Positions 24,383 through 36,719 of a stretch of DNA of 51,815 nucleotides are shown in pieces. Every line of letters begins with the position of its first letter. Position 1 is the stretch's first letter. The notes beneath the pieces were generated by a model. It had not been told where the DNA came from. It worked only from the letters and a program-made list of their open reading frames with translations, and did not search any database. The stretch is taken from positions 56,480,233-56,532,047 of the forward strand of contig NC_068991.1 of NCBI RefSeq assembly GCF_001194135.2, in the 5' to 3' direction. A program made the translations under genes and the position numbers. The DNA comes from Octopus bimaculoides. Taxonomy: Eukaryota.

Positions 24383-24921
24383 AGGAATACAGATATGTTA
24401 TATCCAGGATTTTCTTCCATTTTGTAAAGTGGAAAATGCTTGTGGATTCATAGTCTGCGGAGATCAGTTAATGTTTGATTTTCTTCTTCGCTAACATAAC
24501 TATTCTTGGACAATGCTTAGATATTGGTGTCCAGTTTTGGGAGGTTCTGTGGCATATAAGTATGATACTTACTCGGCTCTTTTATCGTATTTTTATTTTC
24601 ATATCTTTCCCTATGAACTTCTCGGAATCTTCCAAACGCATGACATCACATCCTGAGCACGTGGCACTCCAGGCAACGATCCGAGTTGTCTCCACGTTCA
24701 ACCGGCTTGCTTTGTCTTAACTTTTCCCATGTGGATTATCTTAAAGAACAAACGATTCTCTACTAAATAATATTTAATAGTTCTTATATGTTGTTATCAC
24801 ATGTTAACGTTAGCGTTATGGAGGAAATCGTTCTGTAAAGGGTTATATTCGAGTGTAATTAATTCTAACTAGTTTCATAGCTAAACAGCACGATAGACTG
24901 GCGGCATTTTAACGACAATAT

Positions 24922-24953
<32 letters not shown>

Positions 24954-25086
24954 TCTTGTGTGTGTGTGTGCGCGTATATTCATGCCTTTCTATTGCAAAT
25001 ACGCTATTGACTAAACGGGTATAAGTGTGTCTGTGAGCGTGTGTTTTGAGTGAGAGCAGGCGAGAAGAACGCAAAAGAAGGAGAGA

Positions 25087-25119
<33 letters not shown>

Positions 25120-25228
25120 GGAGAGAGCGACACACAGAGAGGTTAACAAAGAGACAGGGAATGTGAAGGACAGATAGAATATATATACACACACATATGT
25201 ATATATATATATGATATATATATATATG

Positions 25229-25261
<33 letters not shown>

Positions 25262-25382
25262 ATATATATCAATGCATATATATTAAATGTACATTATATA
25301 TATATATATGTATGCATGTATATATATGTATATATACATGTACATATATATATATATATATACGCATATCGATATTTGAATG

Positions 25383-25414
<32 letters not shown>

Positions 25415-26816
25415 AATGATATACATTTATATATAATACACACACATATATGTATATATATATGTATATGCATATATATATGTATATATAAATGTGTGTG
25501 TGTGTAACAGAATAAGAGATAGGAGACAAAAAAAAACGAAAAAAAAAACAACAAACAGAAAACAAAACAAGCTAATCTTACTATACAATTGATAAAAAAG
25601 ACGGAATATAAGGTTGATGTTGTTGCTGTAGTTTGTTTGTGTTGATTTCTCCAAACAATTCGGTGTCAAGCAACTTGTAAGGTAGATAAAGGAATTTATT
25701 AATGTAAGTACGTCTAGTGCGGTGCCTATACCGAGGTGTCTGTCTCTCTCTGTGCCTGCCTGCCTGCCTGCCTGCCTGTCTGTGTGTATGTGTATATGAA
25801 TGTATGTATATATGAATGTATGTATGTATGTATGTATGTATGTACCTATATATGAACTATGTACGTATGTAGGTATAAGCATGTATGTATGTATGTATGT
25901 ATGTATGCAAGTATGTATGTATGTATGTATGTATTTATGTATGTATGTATGTATGTATGTACGTATGTATGAGCGCGTGTGTGTGTAAGAGTATGTACGT
26001 GTACATGAGCGTATGTGTGCGTATATGTGTGGGACAGTGTGCTGTTGCATGTCTGTGTGTGTGTGTGTATGTATGTGCGCGAGTGTAAGCGTGTGTATAT
26101 GTGTGAGGAGAGAAGTGTATGTGTGTGAATGTGTGTCTGTGTGTATGAGTGTGTGTGTGTGTGTATGCGTGTGTATGTGTGTGTGAGGAGAGAAGGTATG
26201 TGTGAAGAGAGAAGTGTATGTGTGTGAATGTGTGTCCGTGTGTATGTGTGTGTATGAGAGTGTGGGTGTGTATGCATGTGTACTCGTGGATGTATATCTC
26301 TCTACGAATCTGTGTGTATGTGTGTGTGCACACGGATGTATATGCGTGTTTATATATTCGCGCGTGTGTGCGCGTGTATGCATATGTGTGTCTATGTATT
26401 TCTGTGTGTGATATTTTACGGTGTTTCATATCATAGAAGCCATAGTTGTAAGCTAATATCCCAATCACACGCCATTTTACGCTGAATTCCATCAGCAGTG
26501 GTCATTGCAAGTTTTGTTGTTGTTGTTGTTGTTGTTGTTGTTTTTGTCAGTGGTGGTGGTGGTGGTGGTGGTGGTGGTGGTGGTGTTACGCTTTGAAGAA
26601 ATAATTTGGTGTTTGTATCTATGTGTGCACGTGTGTGTGTGTATGTGCTTGATGTTTGGATTTGAGGGTGTGCCTGTGCTTACATATATATACAAATATA
26701 TATACATACATGCATGTATTTCTGTATGCATACATACATATATATATGATGCAGACATAGGTGCATACATATATATATATATAATGTATATATAGGTGTG
26801 TGTGTGTGTGTATGTG

Positions 26817-26854
<38 letters not shown>

Positions 26855-26984
26855 GATAGAAAGAGAGTGAGAGAGAGAGAGGGAGAGAGAAAGTGATAGG
26901 AAGACGTTATATGTCTGAATATGTTTACAACAATGTATATAAATTTATATATATATATATATATTGTATGTATGTTGATATGGG

Positions 26985-27029
<45 letters not shown>

Positions 27030-27059
27030 ATATATATATCTATCTATCACACTTTATAT

Positions 27060-27094
<35 letters not shown>

Positions 27095-27466
27095 NNNNNN
27101 NNNNNNNNNNNNNNNNNNNNNNNNNNNNNNNNNNNNNNNNNNNNNNNNNNNNNNNNNNNNNNNNNNNNNNNNNNNNNNNNNNNNNNNNNNNNNNNNNNNN
27201 NNNNNNNNNNNNNNNNNNNNNNNNNNNNNNNNNNNNNNNNNNNNNNNNNNNNNNNNNNNNNNNNNNNNNNNNNNNNNNNNNNNNNNNNNNNNNNNNNNNN
27301 NNNNNNNNNNNNNNNNNNNNNNNNNNNNNNNNNNNNNNNNNNNNNNNNNNNNNNNNNNNNNNNNNNNNNNNNNNNNNNNNNNNNNNNNNNNNNNNNTCCA
27401 CCATAGTAACATTTTATATACAAATATATGTGGTCTTCTATTCATTTTTGTATAATACTATCTCTG

Positions 27467-27514
<48 letters not shown>

Positions 27515-27879
27515 GTGTATATATGTTTTTACGTATTCGTTTAATTTGTTCTGTGTGATTGCTTTGTGAAAGGTCGTCTGCTCTTACACATTATCAAATG
27601 CCGCGTAAAGATACTAGCAGCTTTGTTTGTCTCAGACAGTAGCAACATGGTCTGTTTGGCCTCACGTCAGTTCTATCGGCACGGCCAGTCTGTCCCCTCA
27701 CTTATCTCATTCCCACCCAGATACGTGATTCGCACCTGACCTAGCACAGGTGTGCCAGGCCACGACTGACAAGGACAAAGATCGGACATTATTGCTTTGA
27801 TTTTGTTTGTTTGGTTGTTTGATGCGCTTGCATGTCATTGTTGTTTGTTGGCTGTTTGTTGATGTTAAGGCTGCTACTT

Positions 27880-27891
27880 TTAAAAGTAGTG

Positions 27892-27928
<37 letters not shown>

Positions 27929-28181
27929 AAATAGTAGTAGTAGTTATAATAGTCGTAGTCGTTCTAGAAGTGATAGTGGTGGTGGTGGTGGTAGTTGTTG
28001 TAGTAGCAATAATAGTAGTGGTAATAGTATTAGTAGTCTAGTAGTAGAAGCAGTTGTACTCGTCGCAGTCGTTGTAGTATAGTTGTAGTAGTAGCAGTAG
28101 TGGATGTAATAGGAATAGTAGCAGCTTATCATTAGAAGCATTAGTATTGGTAGTATTTGTAGGAGTAGCAACTGCAGTAGC

Positions 28182-28235
<54 letters not shown>

Positions 28236-28387
28236 GGTGGTAGTAGTAGTAGTTGAAGCAGCAGCAGCAGTAAAATGATCAGTAATAGTAACAGCAGCAG
28301 CAGTGGCAACGGCATCAGCAGGTGTGGTGGTGGTAGTAATAGTAGTAGTAGTAGTAGTAGTAGTAGCAGTAGTAGTAGTAGTAGTAG
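27880..28387. repeat. Compound trinucleotide low-complexity tract (TAG/TGG/CAG)
   Basis: In-register TAG, GTG and CAG runs seen directly. Similar tracts lie at 44150-44650 and 47810-48265. Confidence 0.95.
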
Positions 28388-29165
28388 NNNNNNNNNNNNN
28401 NNNNNNNNNNNNNNNNNNNNNNNNNNNNNNNNNNNNNNNNNNNNNNNNNNNNNNNNNNNNNNNNNNNNNNNNNNNNNNNNNNNNNNNNNNNNNNNNNNNN
28501 NNNNNNNNNNNNNNNNNNNNNNNNNNNNNNNNNNNNNNNNNNNNNNNNNNNNNNNNNNNNNNNNNNNNNNNNNNNNNNNNNNNNNNNNNNNNNNNNNNNN
28601 NNNNNNNNNNTACAAAATGTATAGTTATTCAGAACCAACATTTGACGTGTCGGCAAAAAAGCCTCTGTGAGGTTTCTCACGTAGGCGTCTAGAAAAAAAT
28701 GAGGTAGGATTTAACTGATAAACTAGAACCGATATACACTGACCGTAAAGAATATGTGATTTTGCAAAGGAATGAAACAATAATGCGCAGCAGTTTGGAC
28801 GCTGGTGATTTGGCGCAGCTGACTGCATATTGGCGCTGTTCTGGCGAAAGTACGTTTTGACACAGGAGGTAAACATACACACACAAACACAGAGTCGTCT
28901 GTAGACACAAACACACACTCACGCATGCACATACACAGACAGAAACACATATACATAGACAGACACAAACACACACAGAAACGCATAGACATAGACAGAT
29001 ACAAACGCGCACACACAAACGCATATACATGTATGCACGGGCGTGGAGATACATGCATGGAGATAGAAATTGTGAGGAAGAAAGAAAGGGAGAAAGACAT
29101 TACAACTCGTTAATTGAACTCGTGTGACCTAAACAGTTTCCCTCTCCTCACGCACATAAACTGAC

Positions 29166-29230
<65 letters not shown>

Positions 29231-29231
29231 A

Positions 29232-29270
<39 letters not shown>

Positions 29271-29595
29271 AAGAAGGGGTACAGAGAACAAGAAAAACCT
29301 TAAAAGTCTGACGTCAAATAAGACAGCGTCGAATCAGCGACGCCGTGTAGGCGGCACCAAAACATCCCATACTTGATTAGCAACGCTTGAACGACATTGA
29401 TCATAGGTCTGCTCAGTGAGAGCTGAGCTTGGGCTAAGCAGNNNNNNNNNNNNNNNNNNNNNNNNNNNNNNNNNNNNNNNNNNNNNNNNNNNNNNNNNNN
29501 NNNNNNNNNNNNNNNNNNNNNNNNNNNNNNNNNNNNNNNNNNNNNNNNNNNNNNNNNNNNNNNNNNNNNNNNNNNNNNNNNNNNNNNNNNNNNNN

Positions 29596-29792
29596 CGGCA
29601 GCGTTACTCAAGAAAGAGTGAGAGAAAGTTGTGGCGAAAGGGTACAACAGGGGTCGCCAACACCCCCTGCCGGAGCCACACGTGGAACTTTAGGTGTTTT
29701 CGCTCAATAAACACTCACAACGCCAGGTCTGGGAATCGAAACCACGATCCTCCGACCTCGAGTCCACTGCCCTAACCTCTGGGTCATTGCGC
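29596..29792 (-). mobile_element. tRNA-derived SINE, family E (5' part; remainder in or beyond the gap)
   Basis: Minus head GCGCAATGACCCAGAGGTTAGGGCAGTGGACTCG, B box GGTTTCGATTCCC, then GTTGTGAGTGTTTATTGAGCGAAAACACCTAAAG. Confidence 0.8.
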
Positions 29793-29825
29793 AAATTTTG
29801 GCACATGACCAGCAAATTCGGGAGA

Positions 29826-29978
29826 AGGTGTAAGACGGCTCCAGTTCTTCACTCTTACTTATTTTATCTACCCCCGAAAGGCAAGAATAAGCCTCGGCGG
29901 AATTTGAACTCAGAACGTAAAGACGGACGACAAGTCGCTAAGCATTACGTCCGGCGTACTAACGATCCTGCCAGCAAT
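29826..29978 (-). mobile_element. SINE family A
   Basis: Plus strand GGCGGAATTTGAACTCAGAACGTAAAGACGGACGA...GCTAAGCATT...TAACGATCCTGCCAGC is the reverse complement of the family A head. Confidence 0.85.
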
Positions 29979-30003
29979 ATTAACACCAATATTACGGGTA
30001 CGG

Positions 30004-30201
30004 GTGAAGGCAGCAAATAGGCAGAATCGTTACCGTGCCGGAAGAAATGCTTTACGTGTTCAAAAGCCACCGGGGTCGACTTTGCTTCTCATTCTTTCGG
30101 GGTCGATAAAATAAGTATCAGTTGAAAACTGGGGTCGATGTATGTTGATTTGTCCCCTACATACCTCAAAGTTGCTGGCCTTGCGCCAAAATTTGAAACC
30201 G
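30004..30201 (+). mobile_element. SINE family A with internal deletion and apparent target-site duplication
   Basis: GAAGGCAGCAAATAGGCAGAATCGTTA...GAAACC. ATATTACGGGTA occurs on both sides (29989-30000 and 30202-30213). Confidence 0.85.
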
Positions 30202-30643
30202 ATATTACGGGTAGGTGTACTGTGAGACAGTAAACTCTGCGACTTGTAATGTCTAATTCTAACTTGGGATGCAAGGAACCATCGGTGATCTGGCCACGTG
30301 GTTTGGTTAAATCGCATCATTGCATGATTAAAGACGGAAAGAGAAAGAAGGGAAAGAAAACAAGAAAGAAAGAAAGGAAGGAAGGAAGAGATAAAGAGAG
30401 AGAGAGAGAAGTTGAGAAAGAGAAGGCAAGTATGAAAGAGAGTGAGGGTAGAATATATGTTAGATCTGCGAGTGTACACATCCACTTACATACATACGTA
30501 TTTACATAGATAAAATATATGCAGGTATCATAAACAAATGTTATATATATCTGATTAAAGGGGTGAGAATTAGGAATAAAGCGATAACAATATTCATTAG
30601 TTATGTGTGTGAGTATATGCATGTATGTACACGTACACACACT

Positions 30644-30693
<50 letters not shown>

Positions 30694-30694
30694 G

Positions 30695-30750
<56 letters not shown>

Positions 30751-30874
30751 TTATATGCACACATAAATGAAAGACAGTGAGAGAGGGAGGGAGATCTATA
30801 CATACGCACACACACATATATACATATATGTGTGTGAGTCTATATATTTATCTCTGTATCATATATATGTGTGC

Positions 30875-30915
<41 letters not shown>

Positions 30916-30993
30916 GTGTATACACACGCAAACACACACATACCTACCCACCTACCTATCTGCCTACCTACATACATACGTACGTACATACAT

Positions 30994-31026
<33 letters not shown>

Positions 31027-31455
31027 TACATATATGCACACATACATACAATCAAACATACATACGCAAGCACGCACCTAAGCGTACATACACACACATA
31101 TAACCGGTCGGTGATCGATCATGCAAACGGATTGTTATATCGTTTAATGTAATTCTAGTTACATATTTCCATTAAGCACGACCGTATAGGTTTACAACCG
31201 CCTCATTATCTGCGCAAGGCAATAAACATTAGATCTAACATTTACAAGTAAAACCTTTATCAATGTCATGAAGGGCTTGCGAGAGGAGAGTACACCTGCA
31301 GATTGAACAGCGACCTTATATCAAAACTGAAACAAGCACATCTGTATAGTGTTAGATTACGAAGTCTGTCAGAACGGGTCACCGAATATAGCGCCCATTT
31401 TTACACTGCATGATAGATAACACGACAGTCACACCATCGTACCATCATGCCACCG

Positions 31456-31503
31456 TACCAGCATACCAGCATACCAACATACCAGTATACCAGTATACCA
31501 GCA
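31456..31503. repeat. 8-bp tandem repeat (TACCAGCA-like) x6
   Basis: taccagca taccagca taccaaca taccagta taccagta taccagca. Confidence 0.95.
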
Positions 31504-31562
31504 TGCCGCCCGCTTCTGCTGTAACAGTGGACGGCTCGTCATCTTTTCTATGTTTGTATGTA

Positions 31563-31598
<36 letters not shown>

Positions 31599-31603
31599 CT
31601 TGC

Positions 31604-31644
<41 letters not shown>

Positions 31645-32482
31645 NNNNNNNNNNNNNNNNNNNNNNNNNNNNNNNNNNNNNNNNNNNNNNNNNNNNNNNN
31701 NNNNNNNNNNNNNNNNNNNNNNNNNNNNNNNNNNNNNNNNNNNNNNNNNNNNNNNNNNNNNNNNNNNNNNNNNNNNNNNNNNNNNNNNNNNNNNNNNNNN
31801 NNNNNNNNNNNNNNNNNNNNNNNNNNNNNNNNNNNNNNNNNNNNNNNNNNNNNNNNNNNNNNNNNNNNNNNNNNNNNNNNNNNNNNNNNNNNNNNNNNNN
31901 NNNNNNNNNNNNNNNNNNNNNNNNNNNNNNNNNNNNNNNNNNNNNNNNNNNNNNNNNNNNNNNNNNNNNNNNNNNNNNNNNNNNNNNNNNNNNNNNNNNN
32001 NNNNNNNNNNNNNNNNNNNNNNNNNNNNNNNNNNNNNNNNNNNNNNNNNNNNNNNNNNNNNNNNNNNNNNNNNNNNNNNNNNNNNNNNNNNNNNNNNNNN
32101 NNNNNNNNNNNNNNNNNNNNNNNNNNNNNNNNNNNNNNNNNNNNNNNNNNNNNNNNNNNNNNNNNNNNNNNNNNNNNNNNNNNNNNNNNNNNNNNNNNNN
32201 NNNNNNNNNNNNNNNNNNNNNNNNNNNNNNNNNNNNNNNNNNNNNNNNNNNNNNNNNNNNNNNNNNNNNNNNNNNNNNNNNNNNNNNNNNNNNNNNNNNN
32301 NNNNNNNNNNNNNNNNNNNNNNNNNNNNNNNNNNNNNNNNNNNNNNNNNNNNNNNNNNNNNNNNNNNNNNNNNNNNNNNNNNNNNNNNNNNNNNNNNNNN
32401 NNNNNNNNNNNNNNNNNNNNNNNNNNNNNNNNNNNNNNNNNNNNNNNNNNNNNNNNNNNNNNNNNNNNNNNNNNNNNNNNNN

Positions 32483-32544
<62 letters not shown>

Positions 32545-32886
32545 CAGGCACAGACAGATAAACGTTTATGTCTGCTGAAGGTTCTGGCGACAGACAATCC
32601 ATGTCAGTTGGTATGATGTTCGTGTTCCACAGTTGTTGGTAAACGATTGGAAGCAAAGCAAGGATAGCAATGAAAATCCAGAGATTTGACATTGCAGGAA
32701 TGAAGAATTGGACATCATGGTTAATGTGAAGTTTGTTGTTGGTGGTGGTGGTAGCGGACATAATGTGTGTCGAGAGGAAGAAATATGAACAAGACGAATG
32801 GAATGAATTCGAAATGGTGGGAGATCAGCCAGCTTCGTGGAACAGAGGCCCCCTCATGGAACGATACGAAAAAAAAAAATAATAAG

Positions 32887-33181
32887 CTGGCACTCTGTCG
32901 GTTACGGCGATGATTTTTCCAGTTGATTTGACCAACGGATCAGCCTGCTCGTTAAATTAACTTGAAAGTAGCTGAGTACTCAACAGACACGCGTAGCTTT
33001 AACATAGTTCTCAGGGAGATTCAGCGTGACACAGTATATGATAAAGTTGGCTTTTGGAATTACAAGTACTACTCGGTTTTGCCAGCTGCGTGAACTGAAG
33101 GACACAACTCACCGCCGGGAATCGAACTCAGAACCGTACGACCGTGAGTTGAATACCCGAACCACCCAGCCACGCGCCTCC
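32887..33181 (-). mobile_element. SINE family C1
   Basis: Minus head GGAGGCGCGTGGCTGGGTGGTTCGGG, B box GAGTTCGATTCCCGG and tail GTAACCGACAGAGTGCC. Homologous to 48605. Confidence 0.88.
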
Positions 33182-33657
33182 ACTAGAACGATAGAACGGG
33201 AAGCGAGACGACAGCATGCTTCCGGTCAGAAATTGGAACGTCAATGTGTGAGTGTACCGAACGGCGTACACAATAAATTCTTAATCTTTTACAATTTCCT
33301 TCACAGAGAGAGAGAGCGAGAAATGAAACAAAACCTTAACCACGATTATCAGCAATTCTGAATAAAAGAGAGTACAAGTTTCATGAAATTATGAATAATT
33401 CCGATTTCTACTTCACCAGTTGACATAAGCATTGCGTTGCTCTTTTTACCAGCGTATAAAGCTGTATACTTAACATGTCGTATTGGACTCATGGGTATAT
33501 TAGAAGCAAAACTCTATTTCATATGAGCATATTCAGCAAAAAGTCTTGAGCGCATTAAAGTTTACGGGAAGCCAGCTTCCCGTTTAGAAACCAGGGACTT
33601 TTTTTAGGACACACTGTTTGGAGAAAATCTACGTCTAATATATCACAAAATACGGCA

Positions 33658-34063
33658 AGCTATACAAAAACCTAGTGGTGGTTGATAGCGGCTCAGCATA
33701 AGGAAGGGAGGCAATTTTCCCCAAAATTAAGAAGCTATACAAAAACCTAGTGGTGGTTGATAGCTATACAAAAACCTAGTGGTGGTTGAAACTATACAAA
33801 AACCTAGTGGAAGCTATACAAAAACCTAGTGGTGGTTGATAGCGACTCAGCATAAGGAAGGGAGGCAATTTCCCCCAAAATTAAGAAGCTATACAAAAAC
33901 CTAGTGGTGGTTGATAGCTATACAAAAACATAGTGGTGGTTGCTATACAAAAACCTAGTGGTGGTTGAAACTATACAAAAACCTAGTGGAAGCTATACAA
34001 AAACCTAGTGGTGGTTGATAGCGATTCAGCATAAGGAAGGGAGGCAATTTCCCCCCCCCCCCC
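33658..34063. repeat. Higher-order minisatellite: 10 A units (GCTATACAAAAACCTAGTGGTGGTTGATA, about 21-29 bp) and 3 B units (about 46 bp)
   Basis: CTATACAAAAAC occurs at 33660, 33735, 33764, 33792, 33814, 33889, 33918, 33943, 33971 and 33993. GCG.CTCAGCATAAGGAAGGGAGGCAATTT occurs three times. Confidence 0.95.
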
Positions 34064-34556
34064 AAAAAAAAAAAAANNNNNNNNNNNCCCAAAAAAAAAT
34101 AAAGAATAAATCTCAGTGAGTTAATATGCTTGGAAAACAAGACATTCTAATGTGTATGAATGTTTGTATGTGTGTATACTATGTATACACGCATATGCAT
34201 ACATAGATATTCATAGTAGAGACAATGTGTCCGAGCGTGTGCGTGTGTGTGTACGTGTGCGTGTGTGTGTGTGAGTGAGAGAGAGAGAGGGAGGGAGGCA
34301 GGGAGTCAGAGAGAGAACGGAATGCGCAGCTGAAATAACATGATGCTAAAGGAATTTAGTCCGAGGCTCGTTGTTATTGCCGTTTTACTGTTGTTATTGT
34401 TGTTGTCTTTGTTGATTGTCTTGTTGTTGTTGTTGTTGTTGTTGTTCTCAATATTATTGTTGTTGATGTTGTTGTTGCAGGAACGGACCAGGCTTGGAAA
34501 ATGAAATATGTTCTTCGCTCTACATACTGCTGTAACTACTTGAACTACTACTACTG

Positions 34557-34604
<48 letters not shown>

Positions 34605-34612
34605 ATAATAAT

Positions 34613-34932
34613 AATAATAATCCTTTCTACTATAGGCACATGGCCTGACANNNNNNNNNNNNNNNNNNNNNNNNNNNNNNNNNNNNNNNNNNNNNNNNNN
34701 NNNNNNNNNNNNNNNNNNNNNNNNNNNNNNNNNNNNNNNNNNNNNNNNNNNNNNNNNNNNNNNNNNNNNNNNGGGGGTGGGGGGGGGCTAGTCGATTACA
34801 TCGACCCCAGCGCTCGCTTGACTGGTACTTATATCATCGATACCAAAAGAATGAAAGGCAAAGTCGACTTCGGCGGAATTTGAACTCAAAACACAGTGAC
34901 GAGCAAAATGCCACTAAGCATCTTGCCCGTCA
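34613..34932 (-). mobile_element. SINE family A with (TTA)n/(TAG)n tail, split by a gap
   Basis: TAATCCTTTCTACTATAGGCACATGGCCTGA [gap] GTCGATTACATCGACCCCAG...AAAGTCGACTTCGGCGGAATTTGAACTC. Confidence 0.88.
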
Positions 34933-34934
34933 TT

Positions 34935-35500
34935 GTGGGTGGTGAGTAACGAAGTTCATGTCATGCTACTTTACATCTTTCCACAAGGCCTTAGAATTAA
35001 TGCTGATACGTTGAGGTGCTAGAGAAAATTGTTAAACCCTGGATGTATGAAGCACGAAGTGGAAGGATACACATTTTAAAACAAGACTCAACATCTTCTC
35101 ACAAAGCCTTCATAAATTTATTTACAATTGCCGGATATTTGTCCTCATCTTGTTTGTTGTTAAGATGAGGTCAAATATCCGTCAAATGTAAATAATGTAA
35201 ATAATGTACGTAATTCCTCATCTCTTAAATATAGAACTGTATTGAGAATGGACGCCAAACAATCTTTACGATGATGTAACGTCGAACTTGCGTTCACCAA
35301 AATGGTCAGATTTACATCCCATGGACTTCTACATTTGGAGCGTTATCAAAAGGAAGATAAATCGACACATTCACAATTGAGGTCCATCATTGTTTAGGTG
35401 ATGTCCGAAATGGATAAGGACCATTTAGTGCGGTCAGTCAACGATTCTGGACACGCATTGAAACTGTCATCAAAGATGAAGGCGGATTCATAGAATAATC
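34935..35500 (+). pseudogene. Tc1/mariner-superfamily (maT/DD37D-like) transposase C-terminal relic
   Basis: VVSNEVHVM..IFPQGLRINAD..EVLEKIVKPWM...KQDSTSSHKA, then a roughly 128-bp insertion, then YDDVTSNLRSPKWSDLHPMDFYIWSVI...TVIKDEGGFIE*. The QDS and DL.P.DY.W motifs are present. Confidence 0.8.
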
Positions 35501-35608
35501 TTATGAGAAAGCTTGCTCCAGCATGGCCACAGTCAAATGACTGAAACAAGTGAAAGAATAGAAGAAAAATTATATTAAAATTATATTAAAATACATTTGG
35601 TTTTTGCT

Positions 35609-36046
35609 TTCTTTTACGTGTTTCAGTTATTTGACTGCAGCCATGCTGGAGCACCTCCTTAAAAGGTCTTAGTCGAAGAAATCGACCCAGGACTTATTCT
35701 TTATAAGCTTAGTACTTATCCTATCGTTCTTTTTTGCCGAACCGCTAGTGACGGGGACAGGAACACACGAGAATCGGTTGTCAAGTGATGGCGGGGGTGG
35801 GTGGGGGTGAAGGGAATACACATAAATATATACATACACATAAATAGATACACACATAAATATATATATATACATATATATACGACAGACTTCTTTCAGT
35901 TTCTGTCTACCAAATCCACTCACAAGGCTTTGGTCAGCCCAAGGCTATGGTAGAAGACACTTGCCTCAAGTGCTACACAGTGGAACTGGGCCCGGAACCA
36001 TGTGATTGGGAAGTAAGCTTCTTACCACACAGCCATGCCTGCGCCT
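35609..36046 (-). mobile_element. SINE family B, full length
   Basis: Minus head AGGCGCAGGCATGGCTGTGTGGTAAGAAGC, CAAATCCACTCACAAGGCTTTGG on plus, internal TA/CA tract and a complete 3' tail. Confidence 0.95.
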
Positions 36047-36484
36047 TGATTAGAGTTGTTTGATTAAATTACCAAATATGTCCTATAAGTTCTCAGATAT
36101 CTCTTGCACTATGCATATATGTGTGTGTGTGCGAGAAGGGTATTTTGAAGCAAAGAAAGCGACCAGCTTAATACATACTTAACAAATATGAACGGAACAA
36201 TAAAAAATATGAAAATATCATTGAACATTTCAGCTTGTAATATTTATATTTCTTTTCTTTTATTCAGATTTCTTCGAGTGAACTTAGTGTTTTGATCTTT
36301 GTTAGAAATCAGGTCCTTCCTTGTGGAAAGAATCCAAATAATTAAAGATGAAAAATAGCTACATATTTGCGCACGCACGCACGCACACACATTCAAAGAT
36401 ACATGCAAAGATATATAGTTACTATAGGGTATAGTGAGTACAATTAGTGAACTTCTGTGCATATATATATATATATATATTGTG

Positions 36485-36714
36485 GAAGGCGGCGAGCAGG
36501 CAGAATCGTTAGCACGCCGGGCGAAATGCTTAGCAGTATTTCGTGTGCCGTTACGTTCTGAGTTCAAATTCCGCCGAAGTCGACTTTGCCTTTCACCCTT
36601 TCGGAGTCGATTAAATAAGTGCCAGTTACGCACTGGGGTCGATGTAATCAACTTAACTTTGCCTGTCCTTGAGTGTCCTCTCTATGTTTATCCCCCTGCG
36701 GGCAATAAAGAAAT
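36485..36714 (+). mobile_element. SINE family A, full length (tail variant ending GGGCAATAAAGAAATA)
   Basis: GAAGGCGGCGAGCAGGCAGAATCGTTAGCACGCCGGGCGAAATGC...CTGAGTTCAAATTCCGCCG...ATGTTTATCCCCCTGCGGGCAATAAAGAAATA. Confidence 0.95.
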
Positions 36715-36719
36715 AAATG

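Noticed and set aside
26090-26270. Repeated GTGTGAGGAGAGAAGTGTATGTGTGTGAATG units
   Set aside because: This is an ordinary slippage-derived compound TG minisatellite with no further structure.
29300-29441. GC-richer segment beside a gap that looked exon-like
   Set aside because: The frames are short, and it most likely continues the adjacent family E SINE or another repeat tail across the gap.
33658-34063. Repeat array superficially like a CRISPR
   Set aside because: The intervening sequences are themselves repeats rather than unique spacers, there are no cas genes, and the context is eukaryotic.
34651-34771. 121-N gap inside a SINE tail, implying an insertion
   Set aside because: The flanks are nearly contiguous in the family consensus around a G-run, so the gap size is probably overestimated.
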